From: Salpingoeca rosetta
Taxonomy: Eukaryota > Protista > Choanoflagellata
DNA: 64,000 nt
Reading direction: 5' to 3'
Assembly (NCBI GenBank): GCA_033442325.1
Contig: JAWQFM010000001.1
Location: 3,118,881 to 3,182,880, forward strand
Shown here piece by piece: positions 1-12,224 of this stretch. Below the pieces are notes generated by a model. That model searched no databases, was not told the DNA's origin, and saw nothing but the letters and a program-made list of their open reading frames with translations. Each line of letters opens with the position of its first letter. Positions within the stretch are counted from its first letter, which is position 1. The position numbers and the translations under genes are program-made.

Positions 1-1420
1 TTGATGATGCAGAGGGGACACGACAGCACAACATTAATCATGACTTGGTTCAGACACGCCGGGGCATACCCACGCACGCACACGCAGGAGAGCGCATGCA
101 ATGCTTCACACTCGTACACAAACACATGTGCACATGCGCACTGTCTCACGGACCAGGGCGCGCGTGTCTGCGCTGAGGTATTCTGGCTTGCGGAGGAACG
201 CTGTCGCCCCCATGCCCACACCCCTGCGTGGATGGCGCAGCAGCAGCACAACAGTGGTGAGCCGGTGTGATAGCAAGCAGCTGAGCGCAGGCGGATATAG
301 CTGATATGGCTGATTTGGCCCCGAAGTGTTCACGCACACACACACACACATACACACGCACACACACATGCAGCAGCGTGTCGCACTTTGCTTTGGCGTC
401 GAGGTCGTCGTCCTCGAGCAAGCTGGCATCATCCGGGTCCAAATCCGCGGGCACTGACCAACCCATCCATTCACATGCTTCGATCAACACTGGCAACAAA
501 ACCGCACACACGCATACACAGATGCACAGATGCACAGATGCACAGATGCGCAGATGCAGAGATGCACACACACAGATGCAAACACACTCACACACAGATG
601 CACACACACACACACACACACAGATGCAAACACGTGCACACTCTCTCGCATGCGGCAAAGCTTTACCGTCAGGCACGAGGTAGTCTTCCTCTTTCAGCAG
701 GTTGACGGGGGCACCCACATCGCGGCCAATGAGAAACTGCACATTGAAATGCCGCGTGTTGTCGACAAACACAGATGCGCGCGTGCAACCGAATCAGACA
801 GTGGTGAGTGGAACAGCCAACAACAGAACCACAGCGCATAAAGAACAAAGAAACGGAACTAGAAGAGCGGCCATGAACCAGCAACAGAAGCAATGCAAGA
901 CTTCATGCCGGCGCTCACCCTTTGTCGGCACTGGTTCGTCAGGTCGTTCACTGCATCGTACTCTGCAAACCTGTTGGATGTGGCGCGGGTGGTTCGTTGG
1001 CACATGAAAAAAGACGCCACGCGTATCGTTTACACTCATCACACACATTCACATTCATACTCACACTCACACTCACACTCACACTCACACTCACACTCAC
1101 ACTCACACTCACACTCACACTCACACCCACACTCTCACTCACACTCACACTCACTCTCACACTCACACTCACACTCACTCTCACTCTCACTCTCACACTC
1201 ACTCTCACACTCACTCTCACACTCTCACTCACACTCACGCACTCACTCACACTCACTCACACTCTCACTCACACTCACGCACTCACTCTTCAATGTCCAT
1301 GGGATGAGGGAGGAATTTTGGTGGGAAAGGAATCTCAGGCAGAGGGTTTTCATACTTGATGTGCACCTCCAACCGCGGCTGCTTGCTGCCAGCCTTCCCG
1401 TTGACAGATCGTCTGTGCAT
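1..1420 (-). CDS. PAF1: RNA polymerase II-associated factor Paf1 (5' part, multi-exon, continues off the left edge)
   Basis: ATG at 1420, with an in-frame stop upstream. Spliced exons read MHRRSVNGKAGSKQPRLEVHIKYENPLPEIPFPPKFLPHPMDIE / FAEYDAVNDLTNQCRQR / FLIGRDVGAPVNLLKEEDYLVPD / VPADLDPDDASLLEDD / FLRKPEYLSAD. These match the Paf1 N-terminal motifs KYxNxLPxIPFxPKF, LDPxDxxLL and RKxEY(I/L)S. Introns are GT-AG. The gene is not seen as one ORF in the ORF track. Confidence 0.85.
1040..1286. repeat. (CACACT)n-type microsatellite in PAF1 intron 1
   Basis: Directly visible degenerate hexamer array. It produces the spurious SHSHSH and LTLTLT ORFs. Confidence 0.9.
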
Positions 1421-2119
1421 CGTCCTCCACTGCGGTTGTGTGGTGTCTGCTGCTGCTCGCTCGCTGGCTCAACTCTGCTCTTGGTATCTGCTACAGTTTA
1501 TGCTGCCGCAGACGGTAGACGGTTGCGCGGTCATTGATGGAAATTATTGCGAAACTTCCAAATGATCAAAATTGCGCATTTGTGCCTCTGCTGTGCCTTT
1601 GTGCCTCTGAACCACAGCACACTCCACACACACGCGCGCCTGCAACAGCAACAAGTCGTGCAAACGTACGCACTGAAAAGAAGGTTGATTGTGTGGCGTG
1701 TGCGAGAGACAAGGAGAGACACACGGAGAGCGCCATCAACACAAGCTGCCGTTGTTGTTGTTGTTGTTGTTGTTGTTTTGACGTATCCATCCACAAGTTC
1801 CACCACGCACTTGCTTCCTGCCTTTGCCTCAACACCAGCTCAGACACTTTGCTGATACCAGTGCAAGGTACATCCTGTGCGTGTGTTTGTGTCTGTGTGT
1901 GCATCTCGTGTGTGTGTGTGTGTGTGTGATCCGAGTTTTTCGCGCATCTCGTGCGTAGTTGTTCCTGCGTGCGTTTGCAATCGCTGTTCCCCCCTTCTAC
2001 AAACTCACCAACGCCCACGCATCCACATTGTCGTCAACGCCGACCAACACAACCTCACCAATTCACGACAACCAACAACCGCGACCAACGACCACGACCA
2101 CGATAGCAGCAGCAGCAGG

Positions 2120-2609
2120 ATGAGCAGTGCAAGCAAGTCGGCGGCAGCCGGCATGCCGCCGTCCCCGCCAAGTGAAGAGCAGCTGCAGGAGAAGGCACGC
2201 AAGTGGAAGCAGCTGCAGTCGCGCCGCTATGCAGAGAAGCGCAAGTTTGGCTTTGTCGACCCGCAAAAGGAGGACATGCCTCCCTCACAGATTCGTGTCA
2301 TCATCAAGAACCATGGTGACATGTCCAGCCGCAAGTTCCGCCACGACAAGCGCGCTTACCTCGGCGCCCTCAAGTACATGCCTCACGCCGTCATCAAGCT
2401 CCTCGAAAACATGCCCATGCCATGGGAACAGGTACAGTGCGGCGAGTGGTGGCGGTTGGTTGATGGCAAAGGGAACAGGGGACCAGTGGGGGATTGGGGG
2501 AGGGGGGAAGGCACTTGCTATCACTGTCGGTGCAATGTACACGGGGAATGAGCAGTGGTGCGGTGTGCGCACGCACTCATGCACTTGGTTGCAAGCAGCC
2601 ACCCGTTTC

Positions 2610-2647
<38 letters not shown>

Positions 2648-4160
2648 ATACGTTACACACAACACACACACACAATATACGTTACACACACACACACACA
2701 CAATATATATATACGTTACACACACACACACACAATATACGTTACACACACACACACACACACACAATATACGTTACACACACACACACACACATACGCT
2801 CACACACACATACGGTCACACAACACACACGCTCACACACACACATGACAGATTCGCGATGTCAAGGTGCTGTACCACACCACTGGTGCCATCACGTTTG
2901 TGAACGAGATTCCATGGGTGATTGAGCCCATCTACATTGCGCAGTGGGGTACCATGTGGATCATGATGCGTCGTGAGAAGCGTGATCGCCGCCACTTCAA
3001 GCGCATGCGCTTCCCGCCCTTTGACGACGAAGAGCCGCCGCTGGACTACGGCGACAACATCATGAACGTGCCCCCGCTCGATCCCATCCAGATGGAGCTG
3101 GACGAGGAGGAGGACTCTGCCGTGTGGGAGTGGTTCTACGACCACAAGCCCCTCGTGGACACGCGCATGGTCAACGGGCCCTCCTACCGCAAGTGGTACC
3201 TCACCATCCCCATCATGGCCACGCTCTTCCGCCTCTCGGGCTCCCTCCTCTCGGACCTGCTCGACGACAACTACTTCCACCTGTTTGACGCCAAGGCGTT
3301 TTTCACCGCAAAGGCGCTCAACGTCGCCATCCCGGGCGGCCCCAAGTTTGAGCCGCTCTTCCGCGACCTCAACCCAGCCGACGAGGACTGGAACGAGTTC
3401 AACGACATCAACAAGATCATCATCCGCCACTCCATCCGCACGGAGTACCGCGTCGCGTTCCCTTACCTCTACAACAGCATGCCCCGTCGCGTGTACCTCT
3501 GCAAGTACCACACCCCGCCCGTCGTGTTCATCAAGACGGACGACCCAGACCTCCCCGCCTTCTACTACGACCCCATCATCAACCCCATCTCCCACCGCCA
3601 GGCCGTCCGCGCCACAGACACCTTTGACGAGTCGGAGGAGTTTTTCCTGCCGGAGGAGGTGGAGCCCTTCCTGGCCGAGGCGCCGCTCTACACAGACCGC
3701 ACCGCCGCCGCCATTGCCCTCCTCTGGGCGCCCCGCCCCTTCAACACCCGCTCCGGCTACATGCGCCGCGCCATCGACGTGCCCCTCATCAAGACCTGGT
3801 ACCAGGAGCACTGCCCCGCCGGACAGCCCGTCAAGGTGCGCGTCTCCTACCAGAAGATGCTCAAGATCTTCGTCCTTAACGCTCTCAAGAAGCGCCCGCC
3901 AAAGCCCTGCAAGCGCCGCTCCCTCTTCCGCTCCTTCAAGCAGACAAAGTTCTTCCAGTCCACCACCCTCGACTGGGTCGAGGTCGGCCTGCAGGTGTGT
4001 CGCCAGGGCCACAACATGCTCAACCTTCTCATCCACCGCAAGAACCTCAACTACCTCCATCTCGACTACAACTTCAACCTCAAGCCCGTCAAGACGCTCA
4101 CCACAAAGGAGCGTAAGAAGTCCCGCTTCGGAAACGCCTTCCATTGTAAGTGTGTCTGCT

Positions 4161-4213
<53 letters not shown>

Positions 4214-7200
4214 GTGTGTGTGCGTGTGTGTGTGTGCGTGTGTGGCCGGGGGGTGCTTGAAGAGCAGCTGTCTTGACCCGTCTCACCTTTTTTGTCGTCC
4301 TGCTGCTACTTTGTACAAGCCCCTTGTTGTCTTGCTACTCCGTAAAAACTCTTTGTTGTGTCTCATCAACTCACATGATGCGCATCACACCATGTGCAAC
4401 CACCACATGTTCCCACGCATGCCCATACATCTACATGCACATTCACCCCCACGCACACATCATCATCATCATCATCATCTCATACCCAGTGCTTCGTGAG
4501 ATTCTGCGCTTGACCAAGCTCGTGGTTGACTCGCACGTGCAGTACCGTCTCGGTAACGTCGATGCGTTCCAGCTCGCAGACGGTCTCCAGTACACATTCG
4601 CCCATGTCGGCCAACTCACCGGCATGTACCGCTACAAGTACAAGCTCATGCGTCAGATTCGCATGTGCAAGGACTTGAAGCACATCATCTACTATCGCTT
4701 CAACGTGAGTGTCTCCGTCGTTGTCCGTTCGTGTGTGTGCGTGTGTTTTGTTTGTTTGTATGTGTGTGTGCATGTCTGTGTGTGTGTGCGTATGGTTGTG
4801 TGTGTGTGCGTGTGCGTGTGTTTGTGTTTCTGTTTGGCACTCGGTGATTGCCACTCGGTGTTTGTCGGTTTGCTTGCTCCTTGTCAAACACAGACATCCC
4901 CCGCTATTGCTCACAGACAACCACACTCCTTCACTCACCCTCCCTCCTCGTCCTGGTTGCAGACGGGACCTGTGGGCAAGGGCCCTGGCGTTGGCTTCTG
5001 GGCGCCCGGCTGGCGCGTGTGGCTGTTCTTCCTGCGCGGTGTGGTGCCCCTCCTCGAGCGCTGGCTCGGCAACCTGCTTGCGCGCCAGTTTGAGGGCCGT
5101 ACCAACAAGGGCGTGGCCAAGACGGTGACCAAGCAGCGCGTGGAGAGCCACTACGATTTGGAGCTGCGCGCCTCAGTCATGCACGACATCCTCGACATGA
5201 TGCCCGAGGGCGTCAAGGCCAACAAGGCCCGCGTCATCATGCAGCATCTCTCCGAGGCGTGGCGCTGCTGGAAGGCCAACATCCCCTGGAAGGTGCCCGG
5301 CCTGCCCACGCCCATTGAGAACATGATCCTGCGCTACGTCAAGGCCAAGGCCGACTGGTGGACCAACACCGCTCATTACAACCGCGAGCGCATCCGCCGC
5401 GGCGCCACCGTCGACAAGACCGTGTGCAAGAAGAACCTGGGCCGCCTCACCCGCCTGCACCTCAAGGCGGAGCAGGAGCGCCAGCACAACTACCTCAAGG
5501 ACGGCCCTTACATCAGCGCCGAGGAGGCCGTCGCCATCTACACCACCACCGTGCACTGGCTCGAGTCGCGCCGCTTCAAGCACATCCCCTTCCCGCCGCT
5601 CACCTACAAGCACGACACCAAGCTGCTCATCCTGGCGCTGGAGCGCCTGCGCGAGGCGTACAGCGTGAAGAACCGCCTCAACTCGTCGCAGCGCGAGGAG
5701 CTCGGCCTCATCGAGCAGGCCTACGACAACCCGCACGAGGCCCTCATGCGCATCAAGCGCCACCTCCTCACGCAGCGCGCCTTCAAGGAGGTTGGCATTG
5801 AGTTTATGGACATGTACAGCCACCTCATCCCCGTGTACGACATTGAGCCGCTGGAGAAGATCACCGACGCTTACCTCGACCAGTACCTGTGGTACGAGGC
5901 GGACAAGCGCAAGCTCTTCCCGGCCTGGGTCAAGCCCAGCGACACGGAGCCCGCGCCGCTGCTCGTGTACAAGTGGTGCCAGGGCATCAACAACCTGCAG
6001 GACGTGTGGGACACGTCCGAGGGCCAGTGCAACGTCATGCTGGAGACGCGCTTTGAGAAGCTGTACGAGAAGATTGACCTCACCGTGCTCAACCGCCTGC
6101 TGCGCCTGGTGGTGGACCAGAACGTCGCCGACTACATGACGGCGAAGAACAACGTCGTCATCAACTTCAAGGACATGAACCACACCAACTCGTACGGCAT
6201 CATCCGCGGCCTGCAGTTTGCCTCGTTTATCGTGCAGTTTTACGGCCTGATCTTGGACCTCCTCGTGCTCGGCCTCAACCGCGCGTCGGAGATGGCCGGC
6301 CCGCCCACGCTGCCCAACGACTTCCACACCTTTGAGAGCGTGGAGACGGAGACGGCGCACCCGATTCGCCTGTACGCCCGGTACGTCGACCGCATTCACA
6401 TGTTCTTCCGCTTCACCGCTGAGGAGGCCCGCGACCTCATCCAGCGCTACCTCACCGAGCACCCAGACCCCAACAACGAGAACATTGTTGGCTACAACAA
6501 CAAGAAGTGCTGGCCGCGCGACGCGCGCATGCGCCTCATGAAGCACGACGTCAACCTGGGCCGCGCCGTCTTCTGGGACATCAAGAACCGCCTGCCGCGC
6601 TCCATCACCACCATTGAGTGGGAGAACAGCTTCGCCTCCGTGTACAGCAAGGACAACCCCAACCTCCTCTTCAACATGACGGGCTTTGACGTGCGCATCC
6701 TGCCCAAGATCCGCGCCACCTTCAACGACGCCAACCACCGCGACGGCGTGTGGAACCTGCAGAACGAGATCACCAAGGAGCGCACCGCGCAGGCCTTCCT
6801 CCGCGTCGACGAGGAGTCGCAGGCCCGCTTCCACAACCGTGTGCGCCAGATTCTCATGTCCTCCGGCGCCACCACCTTCACCAAGGTGGTCAACAAGTGG
6901 AACACGGCCCTCATTGGCCTCATGACCTACTTCCGGGAGGCCGTCGTCAACACGCAGGAGCTGCTCGACCTCCTCGTCAAGTGCGAGAACAAGATCCAGA
7001 CCCGTGTCAAGATTGGTCTCAACTCCAAGATGCCTTCCAGGTTCCCTCCAGGTTGGTTTTTGTGCCATTGCACGTGGGTGTGTGTGAGGGGGAGGGGGCG
7101 GAGAGAGTGTATTTGTGTACGCCTTTGTATGCTATGCGTGTGTGGGCGTGGGTGGGTGTGCATGTGTTGGCTGTCCTCTTTTCTTCTTTGGCGTCATGAT

Positions 7201-7996
7201 CGCCTGGTTTGTGTGCGCATGCTTGTTCATTATTGCTCCTCACCGCTCACGCTGTTGTCTTCACCTCCACATCCACCCACTCCACCCACCCCAACAATCG
7301 TCTCCTCGCCTTGCATTCACGCAGTCGTCTTCTACTGGTGAGTTTTGTTTTCCTTCTGTGCGTGCGTGCGTGTGTGTGTCAAGTCTTCCCTGCTGCTCGT
7401 CTGGGATTCTGGTCCTCCCTTCGTGCTTCAGTCGCGTGCGCGCTTCAGCCCTCACCTCATGTGATTTCTCTTCCCCCCCCCCTTCCATGAATGCTTTGTT
7501 TTGCCTTTTTCAAACGTACAACGTGTGCAGCCCGAAGGAGCTTGGCGGCCTGGGTATGCTGTCGATGGGTCACGTGCTGATTCCCCAGTCGGATCTTCGC
7601 TGGAGCAAGCAGACGGACGTTGGCATCACCCACTTCCGCTCTGGCATGTCTCACGAGGAGGACCAGGTCATCCCCAACCTGTACCGCTACCTGCAGCCCT
7701 GGGAGTCTGAGTTTATCGACTCGCAGCGCGTGTGGGCCGAGTTTGCGCTGAAGCGGCAAGAGGCCAACGCCCAGAACCGCCGCCTGACGCTTGAGGACTT
7801 GGAGGACTCGTGGGATCGCGGTATCCCGCGCATCAACACGCTCTTCCAGAAGGACCGCCACACCCTCGCTTACGACAAGGGCTGGCGTGTGCGCACAGAG
7901 TTCAAGCAGTACCAGATTCTCCGCAATAACCCCTTCTGGTGGACACACATGTGAGTTCCAATACCTCTGCTTGCACCCTCTGCCGTCTGTTGACTG

Positions 7997-8074
<78 letters not shown>

Positions 8075-8971
8075 TCAGTTGACCTTTGCATGAAGTGTGG
8101 CGGACTCACTTGCAATGGCCCTCTACCACGCCTGCCCCTCACCACACGACCCTCCTGTCCCCCTTCCCTCGCTCTTCTCCTCCCTTGAATTTTCCTCCCG
8201 CACTGCAGGCGCCACGATGGCAAGCTGTGGAACCTGAACAACTACCGCACAGACATGATCCAGGCGCTGGGTGGTGTCGAAGGCATCCTGGAGCACACGC
8301 TGTTCAAGGGCACGTACTTCCCCACTTGGGAGGGTCTCTTCTGGGAGAAGGCGTGCTTCCGCACAACCACCGAGCTGCTGCTTGCCTCTGGTGACATTGT
8401 CCGTGCCAGCGACGTGCGTGTGGGCGACAAGCTCATGGGTGACGACGGCACCCCGCGCAACGTGCAGCACGTGGTCACGGGTCTCTCCCGCCTGTACGAG
8501 GTGACGGTTGCCAGCTCTGACGTGGAGCCGCTCGTGGTCACAGGCAACCACATTCTCTGCCTCAAGCCCTCTGCGCACCTCTCTGTTGATGAGCAGCAGG
8601 AGGAAGTCGCACGCAAGCTCAAGGCCGCAGCCCTGCGTGCCGCCACCGCAGCCACGGGCGATGCCTCCGTCAACGGCGCCGCGATGCCCCAGGCACAACA
8701 GCCACAGGACAGCACGCTGTTTGAGATGACGGTGGAGGAGTACACGCAGCTGCCGGAGGCCGTGCAGAGCAACCTGCTCATGTACCGCCAGGTGGTGTCC
8801 CTCGGCGAGGCGGGCACTCATGCAGAAGCTGGCGAGTGCACCACGTACAAGATTGCGGCCGTGCGCCAGCTTGAGCAGCCGGAGCCATACGTCGGCTTTT
8901 TCGTGGACGGCAACAAGCGGTTCCTGCGCGCGGACTTTCTGGTCACGCACAACAGCGGTTTTGAGGAGAGC

Positions 8972-9003
<32 letters not shown>

Positions 9004-12000
9004 CTCTGGTCTGAACCAGATTCCCAACCGCCGCTTCACGCTGTGGTGGTCGCCAACCATCAACCGCGCCAACGTGTACGTTGGGTTCCAGGTGCAGCTG
9101 GATCTTACCGGCATCTTCATGCACGGCAAGATTCCCACGCTCAAGATCTCCCTCATCCAGATCTTCCGCGCGCATTTGTGGCAGAAGATCCACGAGAGCG
9201 TGGTCATGGATCTGTAAGTTCTTGTTTTCTTGTCCCTTGCCATGTCATTACTGCTGCTGCTGGTAGTTGTGTTGTTGTTGTTGTTGTTGTCATCGTCATC
9301 GTCATCGTTCATTGCGAGTGGGTTTGTCTTTGCGAGCGCTGTTCTCACACTGTGGTAATCCATGCTCGTTTGCCTTTGTTTTGCTTTGCCAACCCCAAAC
9401 CCCCACAAAACAGGTGCCAAGTGTTTGATCAGGAGCTGGATGCGCTTGAGATTGACACGGTGCAGAAGGAGTCGATCCACCCGCGAAAGTCGTACAAGAT
9501 GAACTCGAGCTGTGCCGACATCCTGCTGTTTGCCTCGCAGAAGTGGCCCATCTCCAAGCCTTCCCTGCTCGCGGACACGCACGACGTCATGGACGCGACC
9601 ACCTCCGACCGCTACTGGCTCGATGTGCAGCTTCGCTGGGGCGACTACGACAGCCACGATGTGGAGCGCTATTCCCGCGCCAAGTTCCTCGACTACACCA
9701 CGGACAACATGTCCATCTATCCCTCGCCAACGGGTGTGCTGATTGCCATTGACTTGGCGTACAACCTGCACTCTGCCTTTGGCAACTGGTTCCCGGGTTG
9801 CAAGGTGCTGCTGCAGCAGGCCATGGCCAAGATTATCAAGGCCAACCCCGCGTTGTATGTGCTGCGTGAGCGCATTCGCAAGGGCCTGCAGCTGTACTCG
9901 TCCGAGCCGACGGAGCCGTACCTGTCGTCCCAGAACTACAACGAGCTCTTCTCCAACCAGATTATCTGGTTTGTTGATGATACCAACGTCTACCGCGTCA
10001 CCATCCACAAGACCTTTGAAGGCAACTTGACGGTGAGTTGGGGGCGCTGCTTGCCATGTTCACTGTTTCGTGTTGGTTTGTGTTGGGTTTGTGTTGTTTT
10101 TGGGTGATGTTTGAGTGTTGGTTTGTGTGGGTTTCTTTTGTTTTCTTGTTGTGTCTTGCTCTCTTTTCCACTGATTCACATGCCCCCTTTGGCTCAACCA
10201 ACGACTCACTCACTCACTCACTCACTCACTCACTCACTCACTCACTCACTCACTCACTCACTCGCTCACTTACTCGCTCACTTACTCGCTCACGCACGCA
10301 CGCACGCACGCGCTTTCCTTGTCTCTCAAACATACAACCCCTCGCAGACGAAACCCATCAACGGCGCCATCTTCATCTTCAACCCGCGCACGGGCCAGCT
10401 GTTCCTGAAGATCATCCACACCTCTGTGTGGGCTGGCCAGAAGCGTCTGTCCCAGCTGGCCAAGTGGAAGACTGCTGAGGAAGTCGCTGCCCTGATTCGC
10501 TCGCTTCCCGTGGAGGAGCAGCCGAAGCAGATTATCGTCACGCGCAAGGGCATGCTTGACCCACTCGAGGTTCACTGCCTGGATTTCCCCAACATTGTCA
10601 TCAAGGGCTCTGAGCTGCAGCTGCCGTTCCAGGCGTGCCTCAAGGTGGAGAAGTTTGGGGACCTCATTCTCAAGGCCACGGAGCCGCAGATGGTGCTGTT
10701 CAACCTCTACGACGACTGGCTGCGCAACATCTCCTCGTACACGGCGTTCTCGCGCCTCATCCTCATCCTGCGTGCGCTGCACGTGAACATCGACAAGGCC
10801 AAGCGCATCCTGCGGCCGGACAAGACGACCATCACGGAGCCGCACCACATCTGGCCGTCGCTGTCGGACGAGGAGTGGATCCGCGTCGAGGTTGCGCTCA
10901 AGGACCTCATCCTGACCGACTACGGCAAGAAGAACAACGTCAACACGGCGTCCCTCACGCAGTCTGAGATTCGCGACATCATCCTGGGTATGGAGATTTC
11001 TGCGCCGTCGCAGCAGCGGCAGCAGATTGCGGAGATTGAGAAGCAGACGCGCGAGCAGAGCGCGCTCACCTCCACGGCCACCAAGACCACCAACGTGCAC
11101 GGCGACGAGATTATCACGCACACCACCACCAATTACGAGCGGGCGGCCTTCTCCTCCAAGACGGACTGGCGCGTGCGTGCCATCAGCTCCACCAACCTCC
11201 CGCTGCGCACCAAGCACATTTACGTCAACGACGACATCTCCGAGACGGGCTACACGTACATCCTGCCCAAGAACGTGCTGACCAAGTTTGTGGTGATTAG
11301 CGACCTGCGCACGCAGATTGCCGGCTACCTGTACGGCAAGTCGCCGCCGGACAACCCGCAGGTGAAGGAGATCCACTGCATTGTGATGGTGCCGCAGTAC
11401 GGCACGCACCAGAGCGTGACGCTGCCGACGCAGCTGCCTGACCACGAGTATCTGGACGACCTGGAGCCGCTCGGCTGGATCCACACGCAGCCGAGCGAGC
11501 TGCCGCAGCTGTCGCCGATTGACGTGACGACGCACGCCCGCATCATGAGCGATCACGAGGAGTGGGAGCTGGACAAGACGTGCATCATCACGTGCAGCTT
11601 CACGCCCGGCTCCGTGTCCCTCACGGCCTACAAGCTCACCGTGTCCGGATTTGAGTGGGGCAAGAACAACAAGGACAAGAGCGGCAACCCGGAGGGCTAC
11701 TCGCCCCAGCACTACGAGAAGGTGCAGATGCTGCTGTCCGATCGCTTCTACGGCTTCTTCATGACGCCCGCGGAAGGCTCTTGGAACTACAACTTTGTTG
11801 GCGCCAAGCACAAGACCGCTATGCGCTATTCTCTCCAGCTCGCCAACCCCAAGGTGTGTGGATATGTGTGTGTGTGTCTATCTGTGTGCGTGTGCGTGTC
11901 TATCTCTCTGTGTGTGTGTGTGTGTGTGTGTGTGTCTATCTGTGTGCGTGTGTATGTCTGTATGTCTTGGTTTTGCTGCACATCCGTCATCCTCCTCCTC

Positions 12001-12224
12001 CTTTATCCCTTGCATACCGCACCTCTTCCCCGTGTCTGTCTCTCTGTCTCTGTGTGTCTGCTTTCAACCCTGTCGCTCACTGCCCATGTGCGGTGTGCTG
12101 TCGTATGTGTGTGTTGCAGGAGTACTACCATGAGGTTCACCGTCCCAACCACTTCCAGTCGTTTGGCGCATTGGAAGAGAGTGCCGAGGAATATGCTGCG
12201 GATCGTGAGGACATGTTTGCCTGA
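2120..12224 (+). CDS. PRPF8: Pre-mRNA splicing factor Prp8 (U5 snRNP), intein-containing precursor; join(2120..2431,2852..4145,4490..4704,4963..7051,7325..7337,7531..7950,8209..9213,9414..10032,10348..11853,12120..12224)
   Basis: Near-continuous match to Prp8 motifs (KARKWKQL...[29 protein letters not shown], [20 protein letters not shown], [10 protein letters not shown], RNaseH-like, Jab1/[21 protein letters not shown]). All 9 introns are GT-AG with consistent phases. The spliced length is 7578 nt, giving 2525 aa, or 2325 aa after intein removal, which is the normal Prp8 size. Confidence 0.98.
2600..2845. repeat. Minisatellite CAATATACGTTA-(CA)n, about 5 copies, in PRP8 intron 1
   Basis: The aatatacgttacac core recurs near 2645, 2674, 2702, 2734 and 2766, separated by CA runs. 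Confidence 0.85.
8354..8953 (+). mobile_element. PRP8 mini-intein (200 aa, class 1, no homing endonuclease)
   Basis: Exactly 600 nt inserted in frame between Prp8 FWEKA and SGFEESMK. It begins with Cys ([13 protein letters not shown], block A), has block B T63-G-N-H66, block [14 protein letters not shown] and block G DFLVTHN followed by Ser+1. The borders are not GT-AG. Confidence 0.96.

Noticed and set aside
893-1537. Numerous HTHT, VCVC and SHSH ORFs throughout the window (example given)
   Set aside because: They are translations of intronic and intergenic CA/GT microsatellites, which lack stop codons.
2600-2845. Repeat-spacer pattern resembling a CRISPR array
   Set aside because: The spacers are only CA runs, the repeat is short, it sits in a eukaryotic intron and there are no cas genes.
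8354-8953. PRP8 insert as a retained spliceosomal intron or a Hedgehog-type Hint domain
   Set aside because: The borders are TGC...AAC, not GT...AG. It is stop-free, lacks the microsatellites typical of introns here and ends in His-Asn/Ser as true inteins do.
2816-11811. Long antisense ORFs opposite PRP8 (2816..4144, 5173..7068, 8818..10008, 10282..11811)
   Set aside because: These are shadow ORFs caused by the strong C/G third-position bias of PRP8. They have no recognisable motifs and end near exon borders.
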